Below are positions 31,253 through 41,141 of a DNA stretch of 64,000 nt, piece by piece. This stretch comes from a virus (Duplodnaviria > Heunggongvirae > Uroviricota > Caudoviricetes): IMG/VR virus record IMGVR_UViG_2529292828_000009; one strand, given 5' to 3'. Numbering within the stretch: position 1 is the first letter of the stretch; each line of letters begins with the position of its first letter. The position numbers and the translations under genes are program-made. Below the pieces are notes generated by a model, which made no database searches, was not told where the DNA came from, and saw only the letters and a program-made list of their open reading frames with translations.

Positions 31253-31903
31253 TTAATTTGATTTATTCGCATCCATCAACGCTTTTAACTCCTCCGGCGT
31301 AAAAGGTGGTTTGCGTCGGTGCAACATCGCATGGCAATTAGGACACACAGGAAGCAAATCATTAACTGGATCCAGCAGGTAATCCTCTTTAACGGCTGAA
31401 AGCGGCACCAGGTGATGCATATGGATAAAGCCCTCAGCGATATCGCCATAGATCTTCACCAGATCAACGCCGCATACGTTGCACTGGCATCCGTGATATT
31501 CGACTGCTTTCTCGCGAGCTTTTTTATCGCGTTCATAGCGGTTTACCGTCACCTTTATCGCCGCACCTTCAACGTAGGTCCCCTGCGACGGCAACTCATC
31601 CGGGAACAGAACATCGGCTATGGGAGCCGCAGCGGCTTTATCCTGATGAATATGAAATCCCTGATCTATAAGTAGTTTGACGCATTTAGATTTTATTCCG
31701 CCGGTGAAATCCGCAGGGGTAAATTGCGTCCCCGTCATCAATGTCGCTGCGATGCCAGCAATCGCCTTCGAGGGGTAACGTCGGCCATGATATTCAATTT
31801 CATACAACCGTGCAGGCTGGAACTGATGAGTTTCTCCCGCATCCCATAAATGAATAGCTTCGATGATATACCGCCGCGGAAGATGATCGGGGAGTTTATT
31901 CAT
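31253..31903 (-). CDS. HNH endonuclease with an unassigned ~110-aa N-terminal domain
   Basis: C-terminal CQCNVCG...HMHHLVPL...CPNCHAMLH HNH zinc-finger nuclease motif. Confidence 0.65.
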   Translation of the reverse strand: MNKLPDHLPRRYIIEAIHLWDAGETHQFQPARLYEIEYHGRRYPSKAIAGIAATLMTGTQFTPADFTGGIKSKCVKLLIDQGFHIHQDKAAAAPIADVLFPDELPSQGTYVEGAAIKVTVNRYERDKKAREKAVEYHGCQCNVCGVDLVKIYGDIAEGFIHMHHLVPLSAVKEDYLLDPVNDLLPVCPNCHAMLHRRKPPFTPEELKALMDANKSN

Positions 31904-32668
31904 AGAGAATGTCCTTATACGTTCTCAGAACAAGCAGCAAAAAAACAAATGAGATCAAAGTAATATATCTTCACTTGCAGGCTTGAACAGCAGAAAATTT
32001 GCGAGCATGATCGCAATTATTTCACTGCCAGGGATATCAATGGCTTCCAGTAAATCGCTACAGCAGGCAATTGCCAATATAAAAATCTGGCATAAGGGTG
32101 AACAGCGCGCACCGCATAAACCATTGTTATTGCTATACGTATTAGCGGGATACCTGAATGGACATCCACGCCTTTTCGATTATTGTAGTGGAACAGTCTA
32201 CGAGGATGCAGTTCGAAGTGAGTAAGTAAAGGTTGCTGGAAACGATCAATGCCGCCATACAATGATATTTGAGGATCAACAATGAGTAATAAAAACTACG
32301 AAAGTCACCGCAAAGCGATTGTTAGTAAAGGTATACCACCCGCTCTATTAAATAGGCTCACCAATTCGGATGTTCAGGTGATCAATACCTTCTTAACACG
32401 AGTGAGCAAACTGGAACTATCTCAACAAGAGAAAGACTGGATCATAAAAATCATCTCTATGGTTTAGAGAATTTCAGCCTTGTAGCCTTTCAAGGGTTTT
32501 GTGTGGGTACAAACATTATCGAATCGGGATATAGCCGCAGCTGTAGCTGTATCCACATCAGTAAGTTGATGTAGGTTGACTTAGGTTGAGCGAAAAATAG
32601 CGAAAAGCCTTGTGTGGCGCGGATTTCAGTCATAAAAAAACGTCCGTTGACGTCTATTGATGTTCCGA

Positions 32669-32704
32669 TGGTGCGAAGGTGCGAAGGTGCGAAGGCCGGA
32701 CTCG
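32669..32704. repeat. Degenerate copy of the leuX 3-prime end (distal att of the P4-like island), with triplicated TGCGAAGG
   Basis: GGTGCGAAGG TGCGAAGG TGCGAAGGCCGGACTCG matches tRNA-end sequence GAAGGCCGGACTCG. Confidence 0.6.
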
Positions 32705-33055
32705 CATATTCATTTAAATTGTTGTAAAAAATGGATTTTATTAATAATTAATTCAATTATGCCCCCTTTTGTGCCCCCTCCATTCGCTGTTCACATTTTG
32801 ATTTTTGTTGATTATTTATCCAAAAATTATCGAAGAAATAGTCAATCCAGTTAGGTTCCGTTAAACGGATCCAAACCGGGACTTGACTCAACAAAAAATA
32901 CTTTTTTTTCGCAAAACCATGCACACTATTCACTCTGCAACTTTTAATTTATATATCAATTGGTTATGTATTAACAGTTAGGTGAAGAGTGAACTGCTAT
33001 CTCTACATTCGTACGTTTCCAATAAGAAACCCGGCATCAGCCGGGTTAGTTGTAA

Positions 33056-35440
33056 TTATTTGATTGTTAGCTCATCACACTTGGGAAGCCAGTCTGCATT
33101 ACTTTCCTCTTTTAAAGTGAGGTTAGTCTGCATTCCCTGATTAGTTCGCCGCTTCTCATAATTTAGCCCGTATTCCTTCAGCATAACTGGTAGCCCTTTG
33201 CCAAACATTGTCAGGCTAAGGGTATTTTTAAAGCCATTAGCCTCCATGTATACGAGATAGGCATGGTAAAGGTACGTACGTGGCTGGCGCGGGACAATAT
33301 TGGCGTTCCCCATAAACATGCCGTTGGTGTCAGGTAATGCCTCAAGGTAGCCACAAAAATCAAATGCTGGATCAGCATCACGCTTGATGGTGAGAGCCTC
33401 ATCAGAATTCTGCTGCGACTGAAGCAATGTTCTGGCGCTCATCGGATCGCTGAAACGCTGCATGAGCTGACGAACAATCACAGCCAGTTCTCGTGCAATT
33501 TTATCTTTCAACTGCGGATCGCGTTCTTCCGGTGCTATCTGCTCAGGAAAATGCAGAATAACTCTCCTGCGGGACACACCACCACTGCGATCAGTGAAGC
33601 GCATAGGATTATTATTTACGGCCAAGATAACCGCCGGAATATGTGTTGAATAAGCATTCTGATATTTGGGGTCCACAGATACTGCATCGCCACCAGTTAT
33701 AGCCTTAAGCCCGGCGCCGTCGCCGCTCCACTTCTCCTGATCAGGCAGGCGAATAAGAGAAAAACCTATCAGAGCCGCACGTTCTCGCGGGGACTCCAGC
33801 GTTTCAATGGTCGCAGAGGTGGCGTTATCCTCTCCAGCAAGCATGGTCGCAATTTCAGCCAGAATACTTTTGCCACTTCCACCAGGGCCAGTCACTTCCA
33901 GAAAGAGCTGCCAGTCATAACGGTTCGCCAGCACCATAAATAACGCTGCAAGAATAATGTCGCGTTTTGCTGGCTTGTGTCCGGCGGCCCGGTCCAACCA
34001 ACGCCAGAATGCCGGGGCATGAGTTTCAAGCGTTTCCCCCTTTACCGGTGGCGTGAAATCGACTTCACACAGGGTACGCAGCCAGTTCTCTTTACAGTGC
34101 GGACTAAAAAGCCCTGTTCGCGTATCGAGAACGCCATTACGAAAACCAATCAGATGACGTGACGGATTTTGCTGCTGCGGAACAATTAACTTTAATGTTT
34201 CCACCAGTGAGGCAATTTTTCCTGAGGAAAACGGTGCCCCGAGGCGCTGGAAAAGGGCTGCGACATCTCGGGCAAAATCTGACTGAGAAATAACTTTCCA
34301 CGCTCCAGACTCGTAGCGGGATAAAAGCTGCCCGTTCGGATCAACCGCCAGTGCATCCCTGTAATGCTCCCGAACCCTCTGAGCTTTTTCGCTGACACTC
34401 ATCGCTGTGAATTCTGCTTCACTCATTGTGTCGAAAGGACTGGCGTTATGTGGCTTCAAAGCCTCAAGAATTGCCTTCCGGGTGGATTCCTCTCCGTATT
34501 GGGTAAGCGCATCATTCCAGTCACCAAAAACCGGTGGCAGCACAATGTCACACTGACTCGCTTTTGCAGCAGTTTCAGCCCTGTTCTGGCCTGAACCATT
34601 CAGATCGCGGTCCGCTGCAATAATTAACTGATATCCAGGATACTTATTATGGGCAACGCTGCTCAGAGAAAGAAAGTTGACCGACGAAAATGCCACCATG
34701 ACGGCTTCTCCTGTCAAATAATGAATGGTAAGCGCCGTGGCGTAACCTTCCGTAATCCAAATCCTTCTTACAGAACTCCCGCCCCCTTCTATCAGATGAT
34801 AGGCCTCCTTAACCTGACCTCCTTTAAGAAAACACTTGCTACCATTGCTACTGATAAGCTGAATATTCACCAGCTCCCCGTCAGCGTTATAGAGTGGGAC
34901 GATCAAATCACCGGGGCGGAACATCACACCACCGGCCTTATGAGCTGAAGTCAGCTCATGGCAAATATGCTCCGGGAAACCTTTATGTGTAAGATAAGTG
35001 TTTCCGGCAGATTCACGCGAGGCTTGCAGCAGTCGCGCGGCAAGTGCTGCCGCTGCATCTTTCCCGCTATCGGTATCGGCGGTTAACGTCCTGACCTCGG
35101 AATTAACTATAGACAGATCATGTGTCAGTCCATGTATCCTGTCAGCTGCTTCACTGATATCCACATTCAGTGCCCTGGTGACAAGCGCTAAACCATCCCC
35201 GGCTCCGCACTGATTGCAGAACCATGTTCCGCGTCCTTCCTGATCGTCGAAGCGAAAACGATCTTTACCGCCACAGACCGGGCAAGGCTGATGGCGATTT
35301 TTCAATATATTCACGCCCAGCGCTGGCAGAATCTGAGCCCAGTGACCGCGGGCAGCCTTCACGGCCTGACTGACTTTCATTCCTGACATGACGCAGTTCT
35401 CCCTCAGTGTAAAACCGGCTTTTTGATGTGACGGACGCAT
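33056..35440 (-). CDS. P4 alpha-like primase / helicase
   Basis: N-terminal zinc-binding CPVCGG...CNQCG, central Toprim-like region, C-terminal Walker A GPGGSGKS; true start probably at MSGMKVSQ. Confidence 0.8.
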   Translation of the reverse strand: MRPSHQKAGFTLRENCVMSGMKVSQAVKAARGHWAQILPALGVNILKNRHQPCPVCGGKDRFRFDDQEGRGTWFCNQCGAGDGLALVTRALNVDISEAADRIHGLTHDLSIVNSEVRTLTADTDSGKDAAAALAARLLQASRESAGNTYLTHKGFPEHICHELTSAHKAGGVMFRPGDLIVPLYNADGELVNIQLISSNGSKCFLKGGQVKEAYHLIEGGGSSVRRIWITEGYATALTIHYLTGEAVMVAFSSVNFLSLSSVAHNKYPGYQLIIAADRDLNGSGQNRAETAAKASQCDIVLPPVFGDWNDALTQYGEESTRKAILEALKPHNASPFDTMSEAEFTAMSVSEKAQRVREHYRDALAVDPNGQLLSRYESGAWKVISQSDFARDVAALFQRLGAPFSSGKIASLVETLKLIVPQQQNPSRHLIGFRNGVLDTRTGLFSPHCKENWLRTLCEVDFTPPVKGETLETHAPAFWRWLDRAAGHKPAKRDIILAALFMVLANRYDWQLFLEVTGPGGSGKSILAEIATMLAGEDNATSATIETLESPRERAALIGFSLIRLPDQEKWSGDGAGLKAITGGDAVSVDPKYQNAYSTHIPAVILAVNNNPMRFTDRSGGVSRRRVILHFPEQIAPEERDPQLKDKIARELAVIVRQLMQRFSDPMSARTLLQSQQNSDEALTIKRDADPAFDFCGYLEALPDTNGMFMGNANIVPRQPRTYLYHAYLVYMEANGFKNTLSLTMFGKGLPVMLKEYGLNYEKRRTNQGMQTNLTLKEESNADWLPKCDELTIK

Positions 35441-35727
35441 AACTCATCCATTACGGCTATTCCGAGCTGGGAGAGTGCGGGACAGGACATTAGAGGGCCG
35501 TATTCCATCAGGTCTGAAAGCAGGGCGCAGGCGATTTCCATGCCTTTTGTTTGCCCGTGCTGTCGCAGATAAAATCCTTCAAGCTCACGGGCAATAGCGG
35601 TTTCAATTTCATCCAGAGTGAGCTGCAGATGGCGGTTTTGCTGATAGCAGGCACTCAACCAGGCGCAGGCTACCGCGCGGCGATACAACGCTACCCGAAG
35701 TGAAAGGGAAAGAGTGCGTGATTTCAT
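35404..35727 (-). CDS. P4-like hypothetical protein upstream of primase
   Basis: 107 aa ORF, position. Confidence 0.3.
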   Translation of the reverse strand: MKSRTLSLSLRVALYRRAVACAWLSACYQQNRHLQLTLDEIETAIARELEGFYLRQHGQTKGMEIACALLSDLMEYGPLMSCPALSQLGIAVMDELCVRHIKKPVLH

Positions 35728-35987
35728 TGCACCACCTCCATGTTCATGAGGTCATCCTGGCAACGCTGTACCACGCCATCAAGCTGCTCTGTCATCAGAT
35801 AAATCAGGGAAACCAGTTGTTCACATTGAGCACTGGCAGGTTTTTCGTAGCAATCCTGAAGAACAGCCATTCCAGTGACAAACTCTCCCACGTTACGAAG
35901 ATGCTTCAGGCGGAGAATATCGTCATAAGAGATTGCGGCGTGATTCATTAGATCACCTCCCGGACAGGCAGGCGAGCAGCAAGACAA
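35724..35987 (-). CDS. P4-like hypothetical protein
   Basis: 87 aa ORF, position. Confidence 0.3.
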   Translation of the reverse strand: MSCCSPACPGGDLMNHAAISYDDILRLKHLRNVGEFVTGMAVLQDCYEKPASAQCEQLVSLIYLMTEQLDGVVQRCQDDLMNMEVVQ

Positions 35988-36139
35988 AGCACATACTCAT
36001 GGACCAGTGAAAGACGTGCATGATGCTCATTGCTGGCGATGATACGCAGCATACTGATACGTGGTTTACGTTCTGCACGACGAACGGCGGCAAAAACAAA
36101 TATAAATTGAGGATGTGACGGGGCGAGGATCGTAGCCAT

Positions 36140-36410
36140 AAGGGCAACCTCCAATAAGTAGCGGTAAATGCCACCACCGGAGTTCCTACGCTCATGGGTG
36201 GTGACCCGAACGGGGGTAGGAATACCGGCCTTATTGGAAACCGGCCAGCCCGAAGGCTGCCCCGCCCGGACCACCATTATCTGAAAGGGGCTAAGGTATA
36301 AGCACCGCAGCCCGAAAAATGGGTGTGCCTGAGCAACGACGTAAAAAAAGACGCACGGCGCGTCTGGTGTCGCCAATAAGTAACTCGGGTTCCTACGCCC
36401 GGCAGCCGAT
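36140..36410 (-). ncRNA. Candidate structured RNA / P4-type RNA immunity region (direct repeats flanking a complementary element)
   Basis: CCAATAAGTA...GTTCCTACGC at 36151-36191 and again at 36373-36400; complementary GGCCTTATTGG at 36227-36237; GC-rich, no convincing ORF. Confidence 0.35.
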
Positions 36411-36492
36411 TTTGCGGCAGCGGGAAAACTATACCTGGAAAAGATATCAGGACGCAAGCCAGAAAAAAGGAGATGAGACTGCAAAGCAAGTT

Positions 36493-36753
36493 TCACGCAT
36501 GGCCTCCTTGCTCGCGGGCAGCAATTCGCGCCGCCATCCATGCACTGACCTCCGACTGTACCCAGGCCACATTTTTTCCACCCAGGGATATCTGCTGCGG
36601 GAAGGCATCGCGGCTGATAAGGTCGTAGATGGTTGAACGGGATAGCCCGCAAAGGTGCATCACTTCAGGTAATCGTATGAAGCGCTCCTGCTGAGCCGGA
36701 ACCGGGAGCACCGGAGCAGCTGGTGCCGGGGTGGAAACGGAAATACTATTCAT
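36493..36753 (-). CDS. AlpA-family phage transcriptional regulator / excisionase-like
   Basis: [25 protein letters not shown]. Confidence 0.75.
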   Translation of the reverse strand: MNSISVSTPAPAAPVLPVPAQQERFIRLPEVMHLCGLSRSTIYDLISRDAFPQQISLGGKNVAWVQSEVSAWMAARIAAREQGGHA

Positions 36754-37299
36754 CTGGCTACCTCTCTAATATGTTTACAACAGTCCGGGCAATTCCATGC
36801 GGATTCAGGTAGCTCCTTATTATGTTTATATAAGCGGCTCGCGCATGCTTTATTTATTTTGTGTGAAATGTTGATTTCTCAAAAAATAAAACAGCTAAAA
36901 ACCGTATGAAACGAACAAAAACAAACAATTCCTTTATGGAATATAATAAGGAGCATCAATAATAAAAAAGTCTATTACACTAGGCAGGATCACAGCTCAA
37001 ATCTGAACCAGCCCATATCATTCAGGGCTTTACATCATAAGCACTAAGACAACACCTGATTAATAAAAGAGCCAAAAACGGCCAAAAATAAACAGCTCAC
37101 CATATGTATCAATAAATCCGATGATTAAAGAAATTAAATTACCATCTTACTTCCGCATGTATCCGAATGTGTTTAATGAACATCAGACAAATTCATTTTT
37201 ATGAATATTTTCCTGAAATGCAACTGAGTGCAGGGAGGTTGAATGTTCAATTATTAAACAGATATAAGACATCTTTTATTCTTTACATAGAATATGTAT

Positions 37300-37503
37300 T
37301 GAATACTGGTGAATATTGGTGAGGAGAAAAGATCCAGTAATAAACTGAAATAAATATCGCGACTTATATGAAAAAGAAATATATGTTTAATTTTATCTCT
37401 GTGAACAGTCATGAACAGTAGATGATCACTTTAATTAAAACACTACACCACTTAACCACATGTATTTACTATATTTTTATTGAAGTGAACAGTAGTGAAT
37501 AGT
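37300..37503. repeat. Clusters of tandem 9-10 bp repeats (GTGAACAGT / GTGAATAYTGG) upstream of the sid-like operon
   Basis: gtgaacagt at 37401-37409, atgaacagt 37411-37419, gtgaacagt 37485-37493, gtgaatagt 37495-37503; gaatactggt gaatattggt at 37301-37320. Confidence 0.5.
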
Positions 37504-37625
37504 ATGTATTAAAGGAAGCGTGTAGATCAGACATGACACCTTTCTCTGGCTAGCCAGAACAAGGTCATTGTTCAGTCACTGACACAATCCTCCTCGGTAG
37601 TGCGCTTGTATGGACCCCGGCACAA

Positions 37626-38411
37626 TTGACACAACAACAAAACACTACCGGAGCAGCCATGACAACTGTTAACCAGATCTCTGATGCAAACATTACCCCC
37701 ACCCTCCCGCCGAAAATTCGCGAAGCGGTGGAAAAAGTTAAGGCAGCAAAAGCTGTCTGGCAGGAAGAACGGCGAAAACAAACCGAAGCTGCTGCAATGA
37801 CTGAAACTATCCGTAAACGTCAGGAAGATACAAAAACGGAGACGCAGGCGCTTAATGATGAATGGCGAAACCTGTTTCGTGAGAATCAGGGGAATATGAC
37901 GCCACGAATGAAAAAACTGCGGGCAGAAATCGCCCTCGGACGCGAAACACTAGATGAGTTCGAAGATTTGCTGGCTGCTCAGGCTGCAGAAAATGAATTC
38001 CTGCCATGGAAAACTGCGGATGCTGCAAACCGCTACATCAGCGAACATAATCACCTGATTGAAACTCATGCAGTGTGGCTCTGGAATGAGTTTATGAAGG
38101 AACACGGCCAGAAACTTATTCAGATCCTTGGACTGCTGAAAATGACTCTGGGCCGAAGCGCATCTTCTGTTATCGGTGTAGTTCATACCGTAAACGACCC
38201 CGAAAGTGTGCTGAAGCAATTTATCAGCGAGCAACTCACCACTCCGGCACTGTTCTGTAACGTATCTTCAACGGATGATATTGCCCTGCCGGGGATCAGC
38301 ATTTATGCGGACGATAAAGCCATACAGGATGCCAGACAATCACCCAGCCCTGCAGCACGTTCCCGGATGCTTAAACAGCGTGACATGGCTAAAGGGGGCG
38401 AGAAGGAATGA
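37626..38411 (+). CDS. P4 Sid-like protein (putative external scaffold / capsid size determination)
   Basis: 261 aa coiled-coil-rich protein first in the psu-containing operon; assignment by position. Confidence 0.4.
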   Translation: MTQQQNTTGAAMTTVNQISDANITPTLPPKIREAVEKVKAAKAVWQEERRKQTEAAAMTETIRKRQEDTKTETQALNDEWRNLFRENQGNMTPRMKKLRAEIALGRETLDEFEDLLAAQAAENEFLPWKTADAANRYISEHNHLIETHAVWLWNEFMKEHGQKLIQILGLLKMTLGRSASSVIGVVHTVNDPESVLKQFISEQLTTPALFCNVSSTDDIALPGISIYADDKAIQDARQSPSPAARSRMLKQRDMAKGGEKE

Positions 38412-38962
38412 ATACCGGAACCATTACTCAGGAAGCTCTCAACGATTACCGCGCGGCAATAAAAAGCTGGCTGACACTACGTAATGTGCAAAGTACCAGC
38501 CAGCTTCGTCTGGCTGCTTTGCTGGATACTGAAGAAAAACCCGCAGCATATGCCAGCCAACTTGAGGATCTTCGTGAGCGTCTTGCACTCCTCGAATGGC
38601 AGATTAACTGTGCCGCCCGGGATGGTCTTTATGCTCACCAGATTGTGCTGGAAAGCTGTGTTACAAGCGCAACTGAAAACTTCATGAGCGAGCATGGTGA
38701 TGCACTCACTGACGCTCTGGCTCCTTTTCTTTGTGCACCATACGGGCTTGAGGCGGCAATGAAAATATTACGAACCGCTGTAGCCCGACAAACGGAAGTC
38801 CGTACTCCGGTAATTTCAGCAGCATATAAGAGCATTATCGACGAAACCGGATTAACGGTGGATGCATCAATGCGCGCTGATGCTTCAGCCAGTTTCACCC
38901 CGGCACAACATAAAGTTTTCCTGGCCCGCCTTAACCGACTTAATGAAAAAGGAGTGTGCTGA
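38408..38962 (+). CDS. P4 Psu-like protein (polarity suppression / capsid decoration)
   Basis: 184 aa; HGDALTDALAP and SFTPAQ motifs resemble P4 Psu as I recall it. Confidence 0.55.
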   Translation: MNTGTITQEALNDYRAAIKSWLTLRNVQSTSQLRLAALLDTEEKPAAYASQLEDLRERLALLEWQINCAARDGLYAHQIVLESCVTSATENFMSEHGDALTDALAPFLCAPYGLEAAMKILRTAVARQTEVRTPVISAAYKSIIDETGLTVDASMRADASASFTPAQHKVFLARLNRLNEKGVC

Positions 38963-38963
38963 T

Positions 38964-39236
38964 ATGGCCCTGAAGTGTCCTGAATGTGGCGCGGTCGCTC
39001 ACGCCAGAACCAGCGCCTATGAAGCTCCGTCGGTTAAACGCTCATGGTATCAGTGCCAGAATCTGGAATGTTCCTGCACATTTACCGCACTGGAAAGCGT
39101 GGATACGATAATTATGAAGCCTCGGTGCAATGAACAGGAATCAGACAAAGCAAAAATACCGGAAAAACAACAGCAAACTCTCAATCGCTATGGCTCCGCG
39201 TCAAAGCTGTCAAACCGTCAGCAAATTCCTGTCTGA
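38964..39236 (+). CDS. Ogr/Delta-family zinc-finger late transcription activator
   Basis: MALKCPECG...YQCQNLECSCTF; start at 38964 with AAAAAGGAG upstream. Confidence 0.75.
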   Translation: MALKCPECGAVAHARTSAYEAPSVKRSWYQCQNLECSCTFTALESVDTIIMKPRCNEQESDKAKIPEKQQQTLNRYGSASKLSNRQQIPV

Positions 39237-39842
39237 TTAGCAAAATACGACCACGAAGTCCCGGTCCAGTACCGGGATTTTTTACGCCTTTTCCCTGGCT
39301 GGCCTGAGAGCGTATGAGTGCATATCTATGGCGCATGAAAACGCATGAGTCTCATGCGCCATTTTTGACGCGAAAGCCCTTGTGTGGTGGCTTCTGAGAC
39401 GATTTACGGGGTGCATGAAAACCAGTCTGTTAAGCGAAGCTGGCAGGCGGGCGGGGCTGCTCGCGCTAAGGGAGAAAATAGCAAACTCAGCCGCGCAGGC
39501 GGTGACAATGATTGACGAGATACTGGCTGGCAGTTGCTGAAATCTCCGCAATGATTCAAGAACTGCAGTGTATCGATGCAGCACACGTAAACTGAGCGGC
39601 GCTACGGGTAATATTTATAGATTTGTCATCCTTAGTGAGCATGGTTCTCACTCTTGTAACCTCTACCTGTACAAGATATCGTAAGACCTCAGATCAAACA
39701 TGCACGTGTATTAAAGGTGGGCAAGCGTGGCGGGAAGATAATTGTGCGCACTGTAGTCAAAGATAGGGATTGTGATTACTTTTTCTTCCAGCCGTGGTGT
39801 AGTAAATTATTGGGAACAAACTCTTAATGACATCAATGGATA

Positions 39843-41141
39843 ATGATTATGACTACAAATCCGGACGGATACATCTCATTTTTAAAACCCGGTAGTAACG
39901 ACTGGAAAGCATTAGATAGTAAATCGTTTATTTATTGGCGAGACTACATAACGAATGAAAGTTTAGAAGAGTCAGGAGATTCTATTTCTCCAGCACAATC
40001 TCTTACTGATGGTGAAAAGAAGGAGTTGAAAGACAATCAGGCATATATAAACGAACTATTACTAAAATCATTACAATTCCCAAATCTTGCATTCTTCGCT
40101 GGGAGTGGTACTTCGCTTGGGGACGTTGGAGGACCAAGCATGTGGGATCTCTGGAAGTGTGCAATGTGGAGTGAATCTTCTATAAACGAGGATGGTCAAT
40201 TAAAACCTGATGCTCAAATTGTTTGTGATAAAGTAAAATATAAAGAGCGAGAGTATCCTAACATAGAACACTTTCTTTCTAATTGTGAAGCATATTTAGC
40301 ATTTCATGATGATGAAGAAGTGTTGAATTTTTTAAATAAAGTTAAAACAATTATTTTAGACAAATGTCGCTCATTTATTGATGATGGCAACTGTGATCTT
40401 TCAGCTTACATCAATTTATTACAAAAAATGGGGAGGAGGAGAGTCAGAGATCCTAGACTAAAAGTTTTCACAACTAACTATGATTTAGCCTTTGAAACAG
40501 CTGCTTCTGAATTAGGAATGATGGTAGTTGATGGTCTTTCATATACAGGAGTTCGCAGATTCGATGGTAAATATTTTAACTACGATGTTGTTAAAAGAGA
40601 TGAAAACGAGCATGAGTTTGTAGAGGGCGTATTCCAGTTATTTAAACTCCACGGTTCTGTAAGTTGGATAAGAAAGGATGGGCAAATATATGAATCCAGC
40701 CAACCAACAGCAACAAACGCATGTCTAATATATCCAGCGAAAGGTAAATATCAGCAAGCCTTTATTCAACCTCACTTAGAATTACTTTCAAGATTGTTAG
40801 ATTTCTTGAGAAAAAGAAATAACTGTTTAGTTATATCTGGATTTGGTTTCAATGATGACCATCTTTCTGAACCAATTTACTCAGCAATAAAATCCAATCC
40901 AAGCATGAGGTTGATTATAGTAGATTTCAAATGTGCAACTCATATTCGGAATAAAGGGGGGGACGGTTCTAGTAAATATTGGGATTTACTAAAACAACTC
41001 TCACTATCAGGTTATGACATTCACTTCATAAATGCATCTTTCAGTGATTTTGTTAAATTAGTTCCCAATCTTAAAGCATTAACCCCAGCAGAACAGTTGG
41101 CTAAGGTAATAAAACAAGTAGGAGTTAACAATCAATTATGA
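39843..41141 (+). CDS. SIR2-family (sirtuin-like NADase) protein, partner of HerA
   Basis: FFAGSGTS Rossmann loop, VFTTNYD, KLHGS motifs; 432 aa. Confidence 0.7.
   Translation: MIMTTNPDGYISFLKPGSNDWKALDSKSFIYWRDYITNESLEESGDSISPAQSLTDGEKKELKDNQAYINELLLKSLQFPNLAFFAGSGTSLGDVGGPSMWDLWKCAMWSESSINEDGQLKPDAQIVCDKVKYKEREYPNIEHFLSNCEAYLAFHDDEEVLNFLNKVKTIILDKCRSFIDDGNCDLSAYINLLQKMGRRRVRDPRLKVFTTNYDLAFETAASELGMMVVDGLSYTGVRRFDGKYFNYDVVKRDENEHEFVEGVFQLFKLHGSVSWIRKDGQIYESSQPTATNACLIYPAKGKYQQAFIQPHLELLSRLLDFLRKRNNCLVISGFGFNDDHLSEPIYSAIKSNPSMRLIIVDFKCATHIRNKGGDGSSKYWDLLKQLSLSGYDIHFINASFSDFVKLVPNLKALTPAEQLAKVIKQVGVNNQL

Noticed and set aside
35948-36652. 234-aa minus-strand ORF in the P4-like island
   Set aside because: Runs through a GC-rich region with direct repeats and overlaps the AlpA-like gene in another frame; better explained as a non-coding structured region.
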